A DNA stretch of 64,000 nt, taken from a bacterium. GTDB taxonomy: Bacteria; RBG-13-61-14; DATKZS01. The stretch is taken from contig CAXXFL010000007.1 in NCBI GenBank assembly GCA_963674965.2, positions 160,001-224,000 of the forward strand. The letters are read 5' to 3'. Below, in pieces: positions 45,354 through 55,564 of the stretch. Within the stretch, counting starts at the first letter, position 1; each line of letters begins with the position of its first letter. The position numbers and the translations under genes are program-made. The notes beneath the pieces were generated by a model, which worked only from the letters and a program-made list of their open reading frames with translations, did not search any database and was not told where the DNA came from.

Positions 45354-48300
45354 TTATTCATCCGTTTTGTAGAACAGGGCCTTAACGTCCTCCATGATAA
45401 AGTAAAGCGCGGGCACGAGGATGAGGGTTATCAGGGTGGCGAAGAGGAGCCCGTAGCCGAGGGACAGGGCCATGGGAATGAGAAAGCGGGCCTGTCTCGA
45501 GGTCTCGAATATCATGGGGGCGAGTCCTCCGAAGGTGGTCAGGGTCGTGAGCATAATGGGCCGGAAGCGCTTGACGCCGGCGTCGAGCAGGGCCTCCTTG
45601 ACTTTCATGTTCTCGCCTCGCCGTCGGTTGGTAAAGTCGACGAACACGAGCGAGTTGTTGACCACCACGCCGGAGAGGGCGACTATTCCTATTACTCCCA
45701 TCATGCTGAGGCTGTAGCCCATGATGAGGTGTCCGATCACGGCCCCCACGATCCCGAAGGGTATGCTTATCATGACTATCATGGGCTGGGCGTAGCTTTT
45801 AAAGGGCACGGCCAGGAGGGCGAAGATGGCGACGAGCACGACGGGAATGGTGCGCCACAGGCTGGTGACGCTTTTCCTTTGCTCCTCCTGCCTTCCCTGA
45901 TAGGAGTAGGTCATGCCCGGGTACTTGCGGGCCAGTTTGGGCAGCACGTCGGCGTCGAGGGTCTCGATAACTCTTCCGGCCTCGGATTGGGGCTTCACGT
46001 CGGCGGTGACGGTCATGGTTCGCCGTCCGTTTCTTCTCGCGATCGTTGTATAGGCCCTTCCCCTTTCGACCTGGACGGCCTCGCGCAGGGGAATTTCTCC
46101 TCCCGCCGGGGTCCTTAGTATAAGGTCCTCCAGGTCTCCCACGCTTTTTCTTTCGGCCTCGGGAAAGCGGAGCCTGACCGTCAACTCGCTCCTTCCCCTT
46201 TGCTGCCGGATGACCTGTATCCCCTCGTAGGCGGCCCTTACCTGCCGGGCCACCTCCCTGGCGGTCAGTCCCAGGCTCCTTCCCTCCGGCTTGATTTTAA
46301 AGCTAAGCTGTTCCTTTCCATACTGGAAGCCGTCGTCCACGTCCTCGACCTTGGGGAACTTCTCGAGCTCGGCCGCCAAGTCCACGGCCGCTTCCTCCAG
46401 GGTTTTCACGTTGGAATGGGACAGCTCGATGGTAAGGGCCGAGCCTCCACCCGGCCCGCCCCGGTCCGACTGGAACTTCACGAACTCGGCTTCCTTAATT
46501 CCGCCGATGACCTTTCGCCAGCGCTCGACGAACTCCTGGGTCCCCATGATCTTGTTTCTAATCTCGGGGTCCGCCAGGTAGACCCTGCATTCCAGGTCGT
46601 GGGTCCCAGAGGCGCCGATAAAGGCGAAGACCCCCTCGATAAGCTCTGGATGCCCGGCCTCCTCGGCGACCTTGGCCGCGGCGGACGACATGCGGTTGGC
46701 GAGAGCGGCGGTTTTTTCAATGGGCGATCCGTAAGGCAGGGCTGCCGAGGCGTAGGCGTAGTCGCTCTCGACGCGTGGAAACATCTCGAAGCCCATTCTT
46801 CCTCCGGCGATGTATCCGATGGTGACGGCGAGGATCGAGGTCGAGGCGGCCACCACGACGTAGCGGTGATCCAGGCAAAGGGACAAAAAGGGCGCGTATC
46901 TTTTTCTTACCCACTCGCTGAACCAGTCGCTGAATCTACTTTGCATTGCATGGAAGCGAGAGCCCGCGCCTCCTCCGGGCTTTCCCCTGTAATGGCCGAG
47001 GTGAGCGGGCAACACGAAAAGAGACTCGACCCATGAAATCATGAAGACGGACACGACTACCACGGGCAGCATTCCCATAACTCTGCCCATCATTCCGGAG
47101 AGGGCGTAAATGGGGGCGAAGGCCACCACGTTGGTGAGGATGCTGAAGGACACGGGCATGGCCATTTGCCTGACGCCGATAATAGAGGCCTCGAGTATGG
47201 GCTTTCCCGCCTCCATGTGTCGATAGACGTTCTCGCCCACCACGATGGCGTCGTCGACCACTATTCCCAGCGCCAGAATATAGGCGAACATGGTTATCAT
47301 GTTTATGGAGAGCCCGGTAATCGGCATAAGGAGCAGGGAGCCCAGGAAAGACACGGGTATGCCCATCATGACCCAGAAAGCCAGCCGCAACTCGAGGAAG
47401 GCGCCCAGCAGAAGCAGGACCAGGATGAGTCCCATGGCCCCGTTTTGCAGGAGGAGTTCGGCCCTTTGCCGGTAGATATCGGCCCTGTTATGCCTGATCG
47501 ACAGCTCGATCCCCTCGGGAAGGATGGACCTTATTTCCGGCAGCTTCGACTTGACGGCCTCCTCGATCTCCACCGGGGTCTGCTCGCCCACCCTAAAGAC
47601 CTCGATCATAACCGCGGGCTTCCCGTTGAAGGTGGCGAAATGCTCGGCCTCCTCGAGCCCGTCGCTTACCTCGGCCAGGTCCTCCACCAGGACCTCGGAC
47701 CCGTCGGCGCCGGTGATAAGGGGAACGCGGGCGAACTCGCGGCCGTAGTCCCGCCGCTCGGTCACTCGCACCAGCACCTCGCCGCTGTCGGTCTTGATCC
47801 CGCCTCCAGGCAGCTCGACGGCGGCGTTCTTAATCTCTTGCGCGATCCGCTCGAGGGTCAGTCCATAGGCTCGGAGCTTGGCCTGGGGGACCTCGATGGA
47901 CACCTCGGGATTTCGCGTGCCCTCGATATCAACCTGCGAAATCCTCTCGTCCTCGAGGAATCGGTCCCTTACTCTCTCGGCCAGGATTTTCAGCGCCCAG
48001 TCCTCGGCGTCCCCGTAAAGGGCCAACTCGATCACCTCGCGCCGCCTGACCGTGAGAGACACCTCCGGTTCCTCGGACTCCTCCGGGAAGGTGACTATCC
48101 TGTCGACCTCGCTTTTAACGTCCTGGTAAACCTGGATGGCGTCTACCCCATCGAGCAGGTCGGCCGTGATCACGGCGCCGCCCTCCCTCGATCTCGAGGT
48201 TAAAACGTCAATGCCGGGCTGGCCCTGAAGGGACTCCTCGATGGCCAGGACGATACCCTGCTCGACCTCCTCGGGGCTGGCCCCGGGATAGGCGACCACC

Positions 48301-48467
48301 ACCTGCACCTGGTTCTGTTGGACGTCGGGGAACACCTCTTGAGTGATGCTCCGGAAGGTCAGAATCCCCCCCACCAGGAAAAAAAGCATAAGAAGGTTGG
48401 CGGCGACGGAGTTCCGCGCCATCCAGGCGAGAGGACCGCGGCCGGCCCCCGGCAAACTCTCGTTCAC
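45354..48467 (-). CDS. RND efflux permease (AcrB/AcrD/AcrF family)
   Basis: 1037 aa; YPGASPEEVE, GIVVDDAIVVGEN, RFRPIMLTTLTT. Confidence 0.96.
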   Translation of the reverse strand: MNESLPGAGRGPLAWMARNSVAANLLMLFFLVGGILTFRSITQEVFPDVQQNQVQVVVAYPGASPEEVEQGIVLAIEESLQGQPGIDVLTSRSREGGAVITADLLDGVDAIQVYQDVKSEVDRIVTFPEESEEPEVSLTVRRREVIELALYGDAEDWALKILAERVRDRFLEDERISQVDIEGTRNPEVSIEVPQAKLRAYGLTLERIAQEIKNAAVELPGGGIKTDSGEVLVRVTERRDYGREFARVPLITGADGSEVLVEDLAEVSDGLEEAEHFATFNGKPAVMIEVFRVGEQTPVEIEEAVKSKLPEIRSILPEGIELSIRHNRADIYRQRAELLLQNGAMGLILVLLLLGAFLELRLAFWVMMGIPVSFLGSLLLMPITGLSINMITMFAYILALGIVVDDAIVVGENVYRHMEAGKPILEASIIGVRQMAMPVSFSILTNVVAFAPIYALSGMMGRVMGMLPVVVVSVFMISWVESLFVLPAHLGHYRGKPGGGAGSRFHAMQSRFSDWFSEWVRKRYAPFLSLCLDHRYVVVAASTSILAVTIGYIAGGRMGFEMFPRVESDYAYASAALPYGSPIEKTAALANRMSSAAAKVAEEAGHPELIEGVFAFIGASGTHDLECRVYLADPEIRNKIMGTQEFVERWRKVIGGIKEAEFVKFQSDRGGPGGGSALTIELSHSNVKTLEEAAVDLAAELEKFPKVEDVDDGFQYGKEQLSFKIKPEGRSLGLTAREVARQVRAAYEGIQVIRQQRGRSELTVRLRFPEAERKSVGDLEDLILRTPAGGEIPLREAVQVERGRAYTTIARRNGRRTMTVTADVKPQSEAGRVIETLDADVLPKLARKYPGMTYSYQGRQEEQRKSVTSLWRTIPVVLVAIFALLAVPFKSYAQPMIVMISIPFGIVGAVIGHLIMGYSLSMMGVIGIVALSGVVVNNSLVFVDFTNRRRGENMKVKEALLDAGVKRFRPIMLTTLTTFGGLAPMIFETSRQARFLIPMALSLGYGLLFATLITLILVPALYFIMEDVKALFYKTDE

Positions 48468-48511
48468 GACGAGCGCTCCCGGTCAAGAAAGATGAAGAAC
48501 GTCATGGCGGG

Positions 48512-49723
48512 TTATTCTTCCTCCGCCGTCAAGGTCATGCCCTCGACCGGCGCCCCAAGGAAGGATATTACCAGCCTTGCGCCCTCCTCGAACTCGTTGG
48601 CCACGAAGACCTCCTCGGCCGTGCTCCATATGACCTTGGCCTGGACTACCAGAAGACGGCTATCGCGGTCCAGGAGCCAAAGCCTTGCACCGTCACGAAG
48701 AAAAGAGCGGGAAACCCGGATTACGTTATCCTCCGTCTTGCCCAGCAGCGTGACGCGGACAAAATCGCCGAGAAGCATTGGCCGTCCCGCGCCTTCCCCG
48801 GACGAGATTCCCAGGGGGTCTTGGACCTCGACGACTACTCGGGCCATCCTTCCGGCCGGGTCCAACTCGGGCTCGAGCTTAATGAGCCTTCCCTCAATTT
48901 TATCGCCGGATGAGATTTCGATCTCGGCTTTCGAGCCGTTTGGATTCTTTTCCGATGGGAAGGAAAGCCATTTGAGTTGGTCCACTCGAACGGAGGCCCT
49001 TACCAGGAAAGCGTCCGTCGAGATCAGCCGGGCCAGGGTGACGCCGGGAGCGGCCCGATCGCCCACGTCCACGTCGGCCTCGGCCACCACGGCGTTGAAG
49101 GGCGCTCGGACGCTCGAGCGCTCGAGGTCCAGTTCGGCCTCGGAAACGGCGGCGCGGGCGGACTCGACGGCGGCGCGGGCGGACTCGAGCTGCGGCTTTC
49201 TAAGCCCCAGGTCCGGGTCGACGTCCGCTCCATCCTCATCCGGGTGGAATATCCGCCACTCGGCGGCGGCCACGGTTTGTTTTCCCCTCTCGAGCTTCAG
49301 GGCGCTTTGGGCCTCCTGGAGGCCGGTCCTGCTCCTGGTAAGGGCCAGCCTGAACTCCCTGTCGTCGAGTTTGACCAGGACTTCGCCCTCCTTAACCAGG
49401 CCGCCCTCGATCATCTCGGCGTGGACCCACTTGACGCGGCCGCTGACCTCGGATTGGAGTTCGGCCTCATCGGCCGCGTCCACGGTCCCCATCGCCTCGA
49501 TCCTGACCTGCACGCTCTCGGGCCTTAGCTCCGCCACGTCGACAATTGGGGTGACCTTGGCGCGCTCGCGCGGCTTGGCCGTCGGCCGGGTCGAGGCGAA
49601 CCAGACCGCCAGACTAAGTCCAACGGCCAGGAATATGGCCGAGGTCATCAGCGAGGGCAGTCGTCTTCTCCACTTGCCCTCTTCTTTTCGCGAGTTCGAC
49701 TCGTTATTCATTTCATTTACCAT
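48512..49723 (-). CDS. RND periplasmic adaptor (membrane fusion protein)
   Basis: N-terminal TM; EVSGRV, coiled hairpin, VRAPFNA; directly upstream of the RND permease. Confidence 0.93.
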   Translation of the reverse strand: MVNEMNNESNSRKEEGKWRRRLPSLMTSAIFLAVGLSLAVWFASTRPTAKPRERAKVTPIVDVAELRPESVQVRIEAMGTVDAADEAELQSEVSGRVKWVHAEMIEGGLVKEGEVLVKLDDREFRLALTRSRTGLQEAQSALKLERGKQTVAAAEWRIFHPDEDGADVDPDLGLRKPQLESARAAVESARAAVSEAELDLERSSVRAPFNAVVAEADVDVGDRAAPGVTLARLISTDAFLVRASVRVDQLKWLSFPSEKNPNGSKAEIEISSGDKIEGRLIKLEPELDPAGRMARVVVEVQDPLGISSGEGAGRPMLLGDFVRVTLLGKTEDNVIRVSRSFLRDGARLWLLDRDSRLLVVQAKVIWSTAEEVFVANEFEEGARLVISFLGAPVEGMTLTAEEE

Positions 49724-49883
49724 CCAGAGCCAAAGGGCTTAGCCGGCGACGGAAGTCTTTCCAGCCAAGCCTCGCCGATAGGTATTATAGCAGACAATGC
49801 CGACGCAAAAAGACCGGGATGGAAAATATCGCCGCCTTGGGTCAAAATAAATTCCGCGCGGGGTTGTCCCGAATATCCGCCGT

Positions 49884-49912
49884 TTGTCGAGAGGTTCGGC
49901 GCGTTTTATAAT
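49884..49912 (+). promoter_or_regulatory. Sigma70 promoter implying a leaderless thiD mRNA
   Basis: TTGTCG-N17-TATAAT, 6 nt before ATG 49919; no SD. Confidence 0.7.
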
Positions 49913-49918
49913 CCGTTC

Positions 49919-50695
49919 ATGGCCCTTAACGTATTGACTATCGCGGCCTCGGACCCCTCGGGCGGGGCGGGGATCGAGGCGGACGTGAAAGTCGCCTGCG
50001 CCTTTCGCGTCAACGCCCTCACGGCCATCACCGCGCTTACGGCGCAGGATACCTCGGGAGTGAAGGGCGTGGTCCCGACCGACCCCGGACACTTTAATCG
50101 AACGCTGGGGCTTTTGGCCGATGACCAACCCATCGCGGCGATCAAGATCGGCGCCATGGCCACGAGTCGAAACCTCGAGTCCATCCGGGACTTCCTTCTT
50201 GGCCTCGATCCCAGGCCGCCGGCGGTGCTCGATCCGGTCTTCAAGTCCACGGGAGGATTCATTCTTTGTCCTCCCAACGCCGCCGAGATGGTGGTCCGTG
50301 AACTCCTGCTTCTCGTTGCACTGATAACTCCCAACGCCGTCGAGGCCGCGGCGCTCACCGGGATAGAGGTTAAAAACCGGGACGACGCCGAGAGGGCCGC
50401 GCGAAAACTTGTCGATTCAGGCGCCAGGGCCGCGCTGGTCAAGGGCGGGCATCTGGAGGGAAGGATCGTGGACGTCCTTTGTTGGGGCGACAAGACTAGA
50501 ACTTGGGAAGGCGAGCGGGCGCCGGGAGAATATCACGGCACGGGCTGCGCTCTTTCCATGGCCATAGCCTGCGGGTTGGCCCGGGGCATGGAAATACCGG
50601 AGGCCGTGGGCGAGGCCAGAGGGTTCCTCCTCGGCTGCATGAAAAGAGCAAGCCGGGGAAAAGGCGAGGCCTATATCCTGGACTTTCTTCCCTGA
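49919..50695 (+). CDS. thiD: Hydroxymethylpyrimidine/phosphomethylpyrimidine kinase
   Basis: SDPSGGAGIEAD, IKIG, VLDPV, TPNAVEA, KGGH, HGTGC. Confidence 0.93.
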   Translation: MALNVLTIAASDPSGGAGIEADVKVACAFRVNALTAITALTAQDTSGVKGVVPTDPGHFNRTLGLLADDQPIAAIKIGAMATSRNLESIRDFLLGLDPRPPAVLDPVFKSTGGFILCPPNAAEMVVRELLLLVALITPNAVEAAALTGIEVKNRDDAERAARKLVDSGARAALVKGGHLEGRIVDVLCWGDKTRTWEGERAPGEYHGTGCALSMAIACGLARGMEIPEAVGEARGFLLGCMKRASRGKGEAYILDFLP

Positions 50696-52326
50696 AGTCC
50701 ATTTTTGGCGTAGATTCGGAACCTGACCAGGCTGGTCCTTGTTACGCCGTCGTCCAAAGATTTCTCGGTTACGCTCCATCCGTCCAGTTCGGCCGCCAGG
50801 AAATACCCTCTCGCGAGTTTCTCAACTGGTTCGCCCTCCGGATTGAGAGCGGCGCGGTCGAAGGCCGAGTGCCCAATTATGGTCCCGTCCTTGAACTCGT
50901 GGGCCATGACCACCAGGTAGTTCGGTTTCGAGTCGAGGACGTAATCCAGGTCGGCGTCCATTCCCGCCGCGCCGGGACGGGAGGCAAGGTAGCGGTCCAC
51001 CAGTCCGTTGACGTCGAGTATCCGGTCGACGTCGGTCACGAACCCGATGTAGCCTATGTCGCCGCAGGCGATAAGGTCGGAGCGCTCCGCGTGAAGCAGG
51101 AGCCAGGAGGCCGCCGGCCCATACCACTTGGCCTGCGACCCGTGCCAGGCGCCGGATTCCAGGTCCTTTAGCTCCAGCTTTTTGAGGGGAGTCCATTCAC
51201 CGGTAAGGACCGTCATCAGGGTCGCCAAAACCAGGACGGGAAGCCTGAACCGGGAAAGGAAAGGAGAGTATTTTTCAGACCCGGCTTCTTCCCCCTCGCT
51301 CGCTTTATAAGGCATAACGGCGATAAAGCCGGTCCCGATCACGACGGGGAGGACGTGCATAATAAAGCGGTAGTCCGGCATGAAGTCCCCACCGGCGTAG
51401 ACTATAAAGCCCGCGTAAAGAACGAGCAGAAAAAAGGGGGCCTTGGTCCATGTCCATTTATCCGGGTTTTTCTTGTCCAAGGCCGCGAGAACGGCCCCAA
51501 GCATGAGGGTCGCGAAAGCAGGCCAATATCGAATCGCGGCGTGGATCGAATATTTCAATCCCACCAACGCCCCAGGAAGACCCAGTCCCGTTTTGGCGTA
51601 AAAGGTATTGGGCACGAGCGAGTGAAAGTGGAGAAGTCGAAAGACCGTATAGGCCGCGAAGGGCGCGGCGAAAAAAATGCCCGCCCAGAAAACGATCGCT
51701 TTTTTATCGCCTTTCGAGGAGGTCGCGTGCGCGATGAAAACGGCCGCGGGCGCGAGCAGACCGTCGGGCCGCGCAAGACAGGCGATAAAGGACAATAGAT
51801 ACGGCCAGGGACCGGGCCGGCGAGGATTGCAGGAGGCGACGGCGGCCATGGCTAAAGCCGCGAACATGGCGGTTTCAAGTCCCCGCGTGGACCACGCCGC
51901 AAAGTAGACACAAACGCCAAGGCAAAAGGCGGCAAGGGCGCCGGCGATTCTCGAGCCGGTCCTTGCCCTCACCCATACGCCCAGGATCAATATGGAAGCC
52001 AGCGACGATACGCCGCCCATCACGGCCGCCGTGACTCGAGGATGAACGTTCCTTTTAAAGCCCTCGGCCATGCCCATGACCCAGAGGAAGTTCGAGTAGC
52101 CCTCGACGGGGTCGGCCCCCGCCGGGGCCCTGTTGTATCTGAGGCCCTGTCCCGCGGCCAGGTTGCTCGCGTATCGGGCCGAAATCATGGCGTCGTCGCA
52201 AAGGTCCCGGGCAAAGGAAAACAAAAGCCCGGCGTGTATTACGCAAGGGCCCGCCAGGGCGGCCAGGAATATAATTTCCATCGCCCATTTCCAGGCCCGT
52301 CCTCTTAAATTTTTCTTTTTACTCAC
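50671..52326 (-). CDS. Polytopic membrane glycosyltransferase (GT-C, AftB-like)
   Basis: DDAMISARYA..GLRYN..VEGYSNFLW, GLET, RPDG, PNTFYAK, GGDFMPDYRF, ILDVNGLVD. Confidence 0.75.
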   Translation of the reverse strand: MSKKKNLRGRAWKWAMEIIFLAALAGPCVIHAGLLFSFARDLCDDAMISARYASNLAAGQGLRYNRAPAGADPVEGYSNFLWVMGMAEGFKRNVHPRVTAAVMGGVSSLASILILGVWVRARTGSRIAGALAAFCLGVCVYFAAWSTRGLETAMFAALAMAAVASCNPRRPGPWPYLLSFIACLARPDGLLAPAAVFIAHATSSKGDKKAIVFWAGIFFAAPFAAYTVFRLLHFHSLVPNTFYAKTGLGLPGALVGLKYSIHAAIRYWPAFATLMLGAVLAALDKKNPDKWTWTKAPFFLLVLYAGFIVYAGGDFMPDYRFIMHVLPVVIGTGFIAVMPYKASEGEEAGSEKYSPFLSRFRLPVLVLATLMTVLTGEWTPLKKLELKDLESGAWHGSQAKWYGPAASWLLLHAERSDLIACGDIGYIGFVTDVDRILDVNGLVDRYLASRPGAAGMDADLDYVLDSKPNYLVVMAHEFKDGTIIGHSAFDRAALNPEGEPVEKLARGYFLAAELDGWSVTEKSLDDGVTRTSLVRFRIYAKNGLQGRKSRI

Positions 52327-52365
52327 GCCGCCTTATCCTTCATATGCCGGATACCCGGCTTAAGA

Positions 52366-52394
52366 AAGATATCAACCATGCCCGGCGGCGTCAA
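52366..52394 (-). promoter_or_regulatory. Sigma70-type promoter of the GT-C gene
   Basis: TTGACG-N17-TATCTT. Confidence 0.55.
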
Positions 52395-52529
52395 TCGGGG
52401 GTTTTTGCCTCGCCAAAAATATTAGAAGAAATTAATTTTTACCATTGAACCTTTCCCTCCTCCGTGCTATCTCTTAATCTGACGATTCCGTTAAACCATA
52501 TAAAACGCATCTTGAGAAGGAACGACGCA

Positions 52530-54044
52530 ATGAAACGATTATTGACTTTTCTTGGCCTTTCAATTTTCCTTTTTTCTTCTTGTCCAGCCTTTTCCGAGGA
52601 AGGGCGCTTCGAGAAGTTCTCTTTCAACGTCAAGGGCAGGATAGACGACGTTATCACCGACGACCTTGACGGCGACGGCTTAAAGGACCTGACCGTGATC
52701 CATATTGACCGCAACTCCGACCCGCCCGCGAGGTACGTCACGATTTACCTCCAGGACAAGGAAAAAGGCTTCCCTTCCTCGGGGATAAGGTGGGACGTAC
52801 CCGACCAGGTCTCGGCTATAGACGCGGGCGACGTTTCGGCCGACGAGGGCAAGGAACTGGTTTTCATCACCGAGAAGGGCGTTTCCTATTCGCACGTGGA
52901 GGGGGGCAAGATCACCTCGCTCCAGGAGATGTTCGAGGTCCAGTCGGTGGTGGCCATCACCTTCGAAGGCGGCCTTCCCTACTATAATTTCGTCAAGGAC
53001 TACACGGGCGACGGCAAGGACGACGTCCTGGTGGTGGGCTTTTACGAGGCCGTGCTGGCCAAGCAGGGCGCCGACTATTCTTTCTCGAGCCATAATTTCC
53101 GACTTCGGCCGGGCATTAACATAGAAGCCTGGGATAACGATATAATAGCGGCCGAGAGCGAGCATCCCATGCTTCGCGTGAGCTATTTCGTTCCCCGCGT
53201 TTATTCACTGGACGCCAACTCGGACGGGCTGGTGGACCTTATCGCCAATTACAACAACGAGATATACGTGTATTACCAGGAGCCCGACGGGTTCACCTAT
53301 AACCCGGCCAAACACTATCGCGTCCGGCTTTTCAAGGACTCCTCAAAGGACAGGAGCAGGGGTAGGAACCAGCCTCAAATCGACTTCCACGACTTTGACA
53401 ATGACGGCAAATTCGACGTGGTTGCCCATAAGGTAATGGGGGACATCGGCAACCTGGAGTCCCGCACGGTCCTTTTTTACGGCAAGTCGGGAGGACTCGA
53501 GCATAATAAGCCGGACCTCGAGTTCAAGCCCGGCAAGATGGTCCTTACCTACCACGTGGCCGACATGAACAAGGACGGAAGGGAGGACCTGATCTTACCC
53601 ACCATGGACCTTAACCTTCTCACGGTGGCCAAGGTGTTCGTGACCAGCGAGATCAACTTCGAGTACACCTTCTATCTGGCCAGGGAGGACGGGACCTTCA
53701 ACTCCAAGCCGGACCGAACGGCCAAGGCCAACATCAAGTTCGCCATTACCAAGTTCAAGTTCGAGCACGGATTTCCCAACATCTTCGGGGACTACAACGG
53801 GGACGGCTACCCCGACCTGGTGGCGGGGGAGGAGCCCAACAAGCTCGTCATCACGCTTAAGGACGGGGAAGGACAGCCGCTGGGCATGAAAGAGGCGATC
53901 GACGTACCCGTGGCGCTCATCACCCGTCCGGTGGACATGAACCAGGACGGTTACACGGACCTGGTGTTCTTCTACCAGGAGACGCTCGATTATCCGGGCG
54001 TGCTCCACGTCTTCATGAACAAAGGCAACTGGACCGCGGAATAA
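52530..54044 (+). CDS. Secreted FG-GAP/VCBS repeat beta-propeller protein
   Basis: Signal peptide; repeated DxNxDGxxDL motifs. Confidence 0.88.
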   Translation: MKRLLTFLGLSIFLFSSCPAFSEEGRFEKFSFNVKGRIDDVITDDLDGDGLKDLTVIHIDRNSDPPARYVTIYLQDKEKGFPSSGIRWDVPDQVSAIDAGDVSADEGKELVFITEKGVSYSHVEGGKITSLQEMFEVQSVVAITFEGGLPYYNFVKDYTGDGKDDVLVVGFYEAVLAKQGADYSFSSHNFRLRPGINIEAWDNDIIAAESEHPMLRVSYFVPRVYSLDANSDGLVDLIANYNNEIYVYYQEPDGFTYNPAKHYRVRLFKDSSKDRSRGRNQPQIDFHDFDNDGKFDVVAHKVMGDIGNLESRTVLFYGKSGGLEHNKPDLEFKPGKMVLTYHVADMNKDGREDLILPTMDLNLLTVAKVFVTSEINFEYTFYLAREDGTFNSKPDRTAKANIKFAITKFKFEHGFPNIFGDYNGDGYPDLVAGEEPNKLVITLKDGEGQPLGMKEAIDVPVALITRPVDMNQDGYTDLVFFYQETLDYPGVLHVFMNKGNWTAE

Positions 54045-54162
54045 TTCCAATCTAACTCGAGCCCATGAGGCCTCTTTTGTTTACCCTCCTATGATGGGCA
54101 AGGCGCTTTTTTTGCCTTCAAGGCGCGCTCTTATTAAAATCAGTCCATAAGGACAACCGCAT

Positions 54163-55554
54163 ATGACCGACCGCGCCGATCTAAAAAACTTTTTCGAGCC
54201 CAGGGGAGTGGTAATCGTGGGCGCTCCCAGAAAGCCGGGCTTCGGGCACAACGTGCCTCTTTCCCTCGCCAGGCAGGGATGGGGCGACCGGCTATGGCTC
54301 GTGAATCCCGCCGGTGGAGAGCTTCACGGGTTCACCCTGCATAAAAGCCTCGACTCGGTACCGCCCAAGGTGGATCTTGCCGTTACCATGGTCCCGGCAA
54401 GGATCACTCCGCGAACCATCGATGAAATCGGGAAGCGCGGCATAAGAAACGCGATCGTCGAGAGCGCCGGGTTCGCCGAAACGGGCGAGGAAGGGACGAG
54501 GCTCCAATCGGAACTGCTCGAGGCCGCCCGGGAGCACGGCGTAAGGATTATCGGCCCCAATTGCGTGGGCGTCATCAACTCGTCGAACCGCTTCTCGACG
54601 GTGGAAGTCGTCGAGGAGGCCCTTACCCCCGGCGGCCTGGGCATCATCGCCCAAAGCGGGGCCTTTGGCAACGTTCTCCTTGACGGCCTCCACGAGGAGG
54701 GCCTTTTCATATCCAAGGCCGTCACTCTGGGTAACAAGATCGACGTGAACGAGCTTGACGCGCTCGAGTACCTTCGCGAGGACAAGGAAACCAGGGCGAT
54801 CATGATGTACCTGGAGGGCGCGAATGACGGGCTTGCCCTGGTCCAGACCCTGAGAGAGGTCACGAGGGAAAAGCCGGTCATGATTCTGAAAAGTGGACGC
54901 ACCGAGACTGGCAGGGCGGCCACCTCCTCCCATACGGGGTCCATGTCCGGGGCCGACGAGCTTTACGACGCGGCCTTTTCCCAGGGCGGGGCCGTTCGGG
55001 CGGAAGGTCTTTCAGACCTGGTGAACATGGCCCGGGTTTTCGCCACCCAGCCGGCGCCCGCCGGAAAACGCCTGGCCGTGATCACCTCGAGCGGAAGCCT
55101 GGGAGCGCTCGCGGCCGACGCGGCGGTCAAGGCTGGACTCGAGCTGCCCCCCCTATCCGGGGCGACCCTCGAGAAAGTTAGGCGGATTGCCCCCGCCTGG
55201 ATGAACTTCAAGAACCCCCTCGACGTGGGCCCATCCGGGACCTTCGCCCGGGCCATCGAGGCGCTGGCCGCCGACGATAACGTTGACATGCTGATAGCCG
55301 TGACCATAATTCCCTATTCCGTATTCAGGGAGGCAAGGCCACTGGGGCTGACCGGGGCCGCGTGGTTTGGACAAATCGAGAAGATAAGAAAAGCTTTCCC
55401 CCAAAAGCCCATGGCCCTGGTGGTGATGGGCGCGCGGGAGTTCGCGGCTCACATGCGATCCGTCGCGGGACCGGCGGTCCCCGTCTTCAGCGGCCCTGAG
55501 GAGGCGGCCCACGCGATGGCCTCCTTATGGAAGTTTTACTCCAGGCAAGGCTGA
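54163..55554 (+). CDS. Acyl/acetate--CoA ligase (ADP-forming) alpha-type subunit
   Basis: FFEPRGVVIVGA, SAGFAE, IIGPNCVG, AQSG, SSHTGS, NPLDV. Confidence 0.9.
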   Translation: MTDRADLKNFFEPRGVVIVGAPRKPGFGHNVPLSLARQGWGDRLWLVNPAGGELHGFTLHKSLDSVPPKVDLAVTMVPARITPRTIDEIGKRGIRNAIVESAGFAETGEEGTRLQSELLEAAREHGVRIIGPNCVGVINSSNRFSTVEVVEEALTPGGLGIIAQSGAFGNVLLDGLHEEGLFISKAVTLGNKIDVNELDALEYLREDKETRAIMMYLEGANDGLALVQTLREVTREKPVMILKSGRTETGRAATSSHTGSMSGADELYDAAFSQGGAVRAEGLSDLVNMARVFATQPAPAGKRLAVITSSGSLGALAADAAVKAGLELPPLSGATLEKVRRIAPAWMNFKNPLDVGPSGTFARAIEALAADDNVDMLIAVTIIPYSVFREARPLGLTGAAWFGQIEKIRKAFPQKPMALVVMGAREFAAHMRSVAGPAVPVFSGPEEAAHAMASLWKFYSRQG

Positions 55555-55564
55555 GAAGACGCTG

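Noticed and set aside
45354-49723. RND pair lacking an outer-membrane factor as a novelty
   Set aside because: Common arrangement; TolC-like channels are often encoded elsewhere.
49740-49918. TPP riboswitch upstream of thiD
   Set aside because: No CTGAGA motif, and the promoter abuts the start codon.
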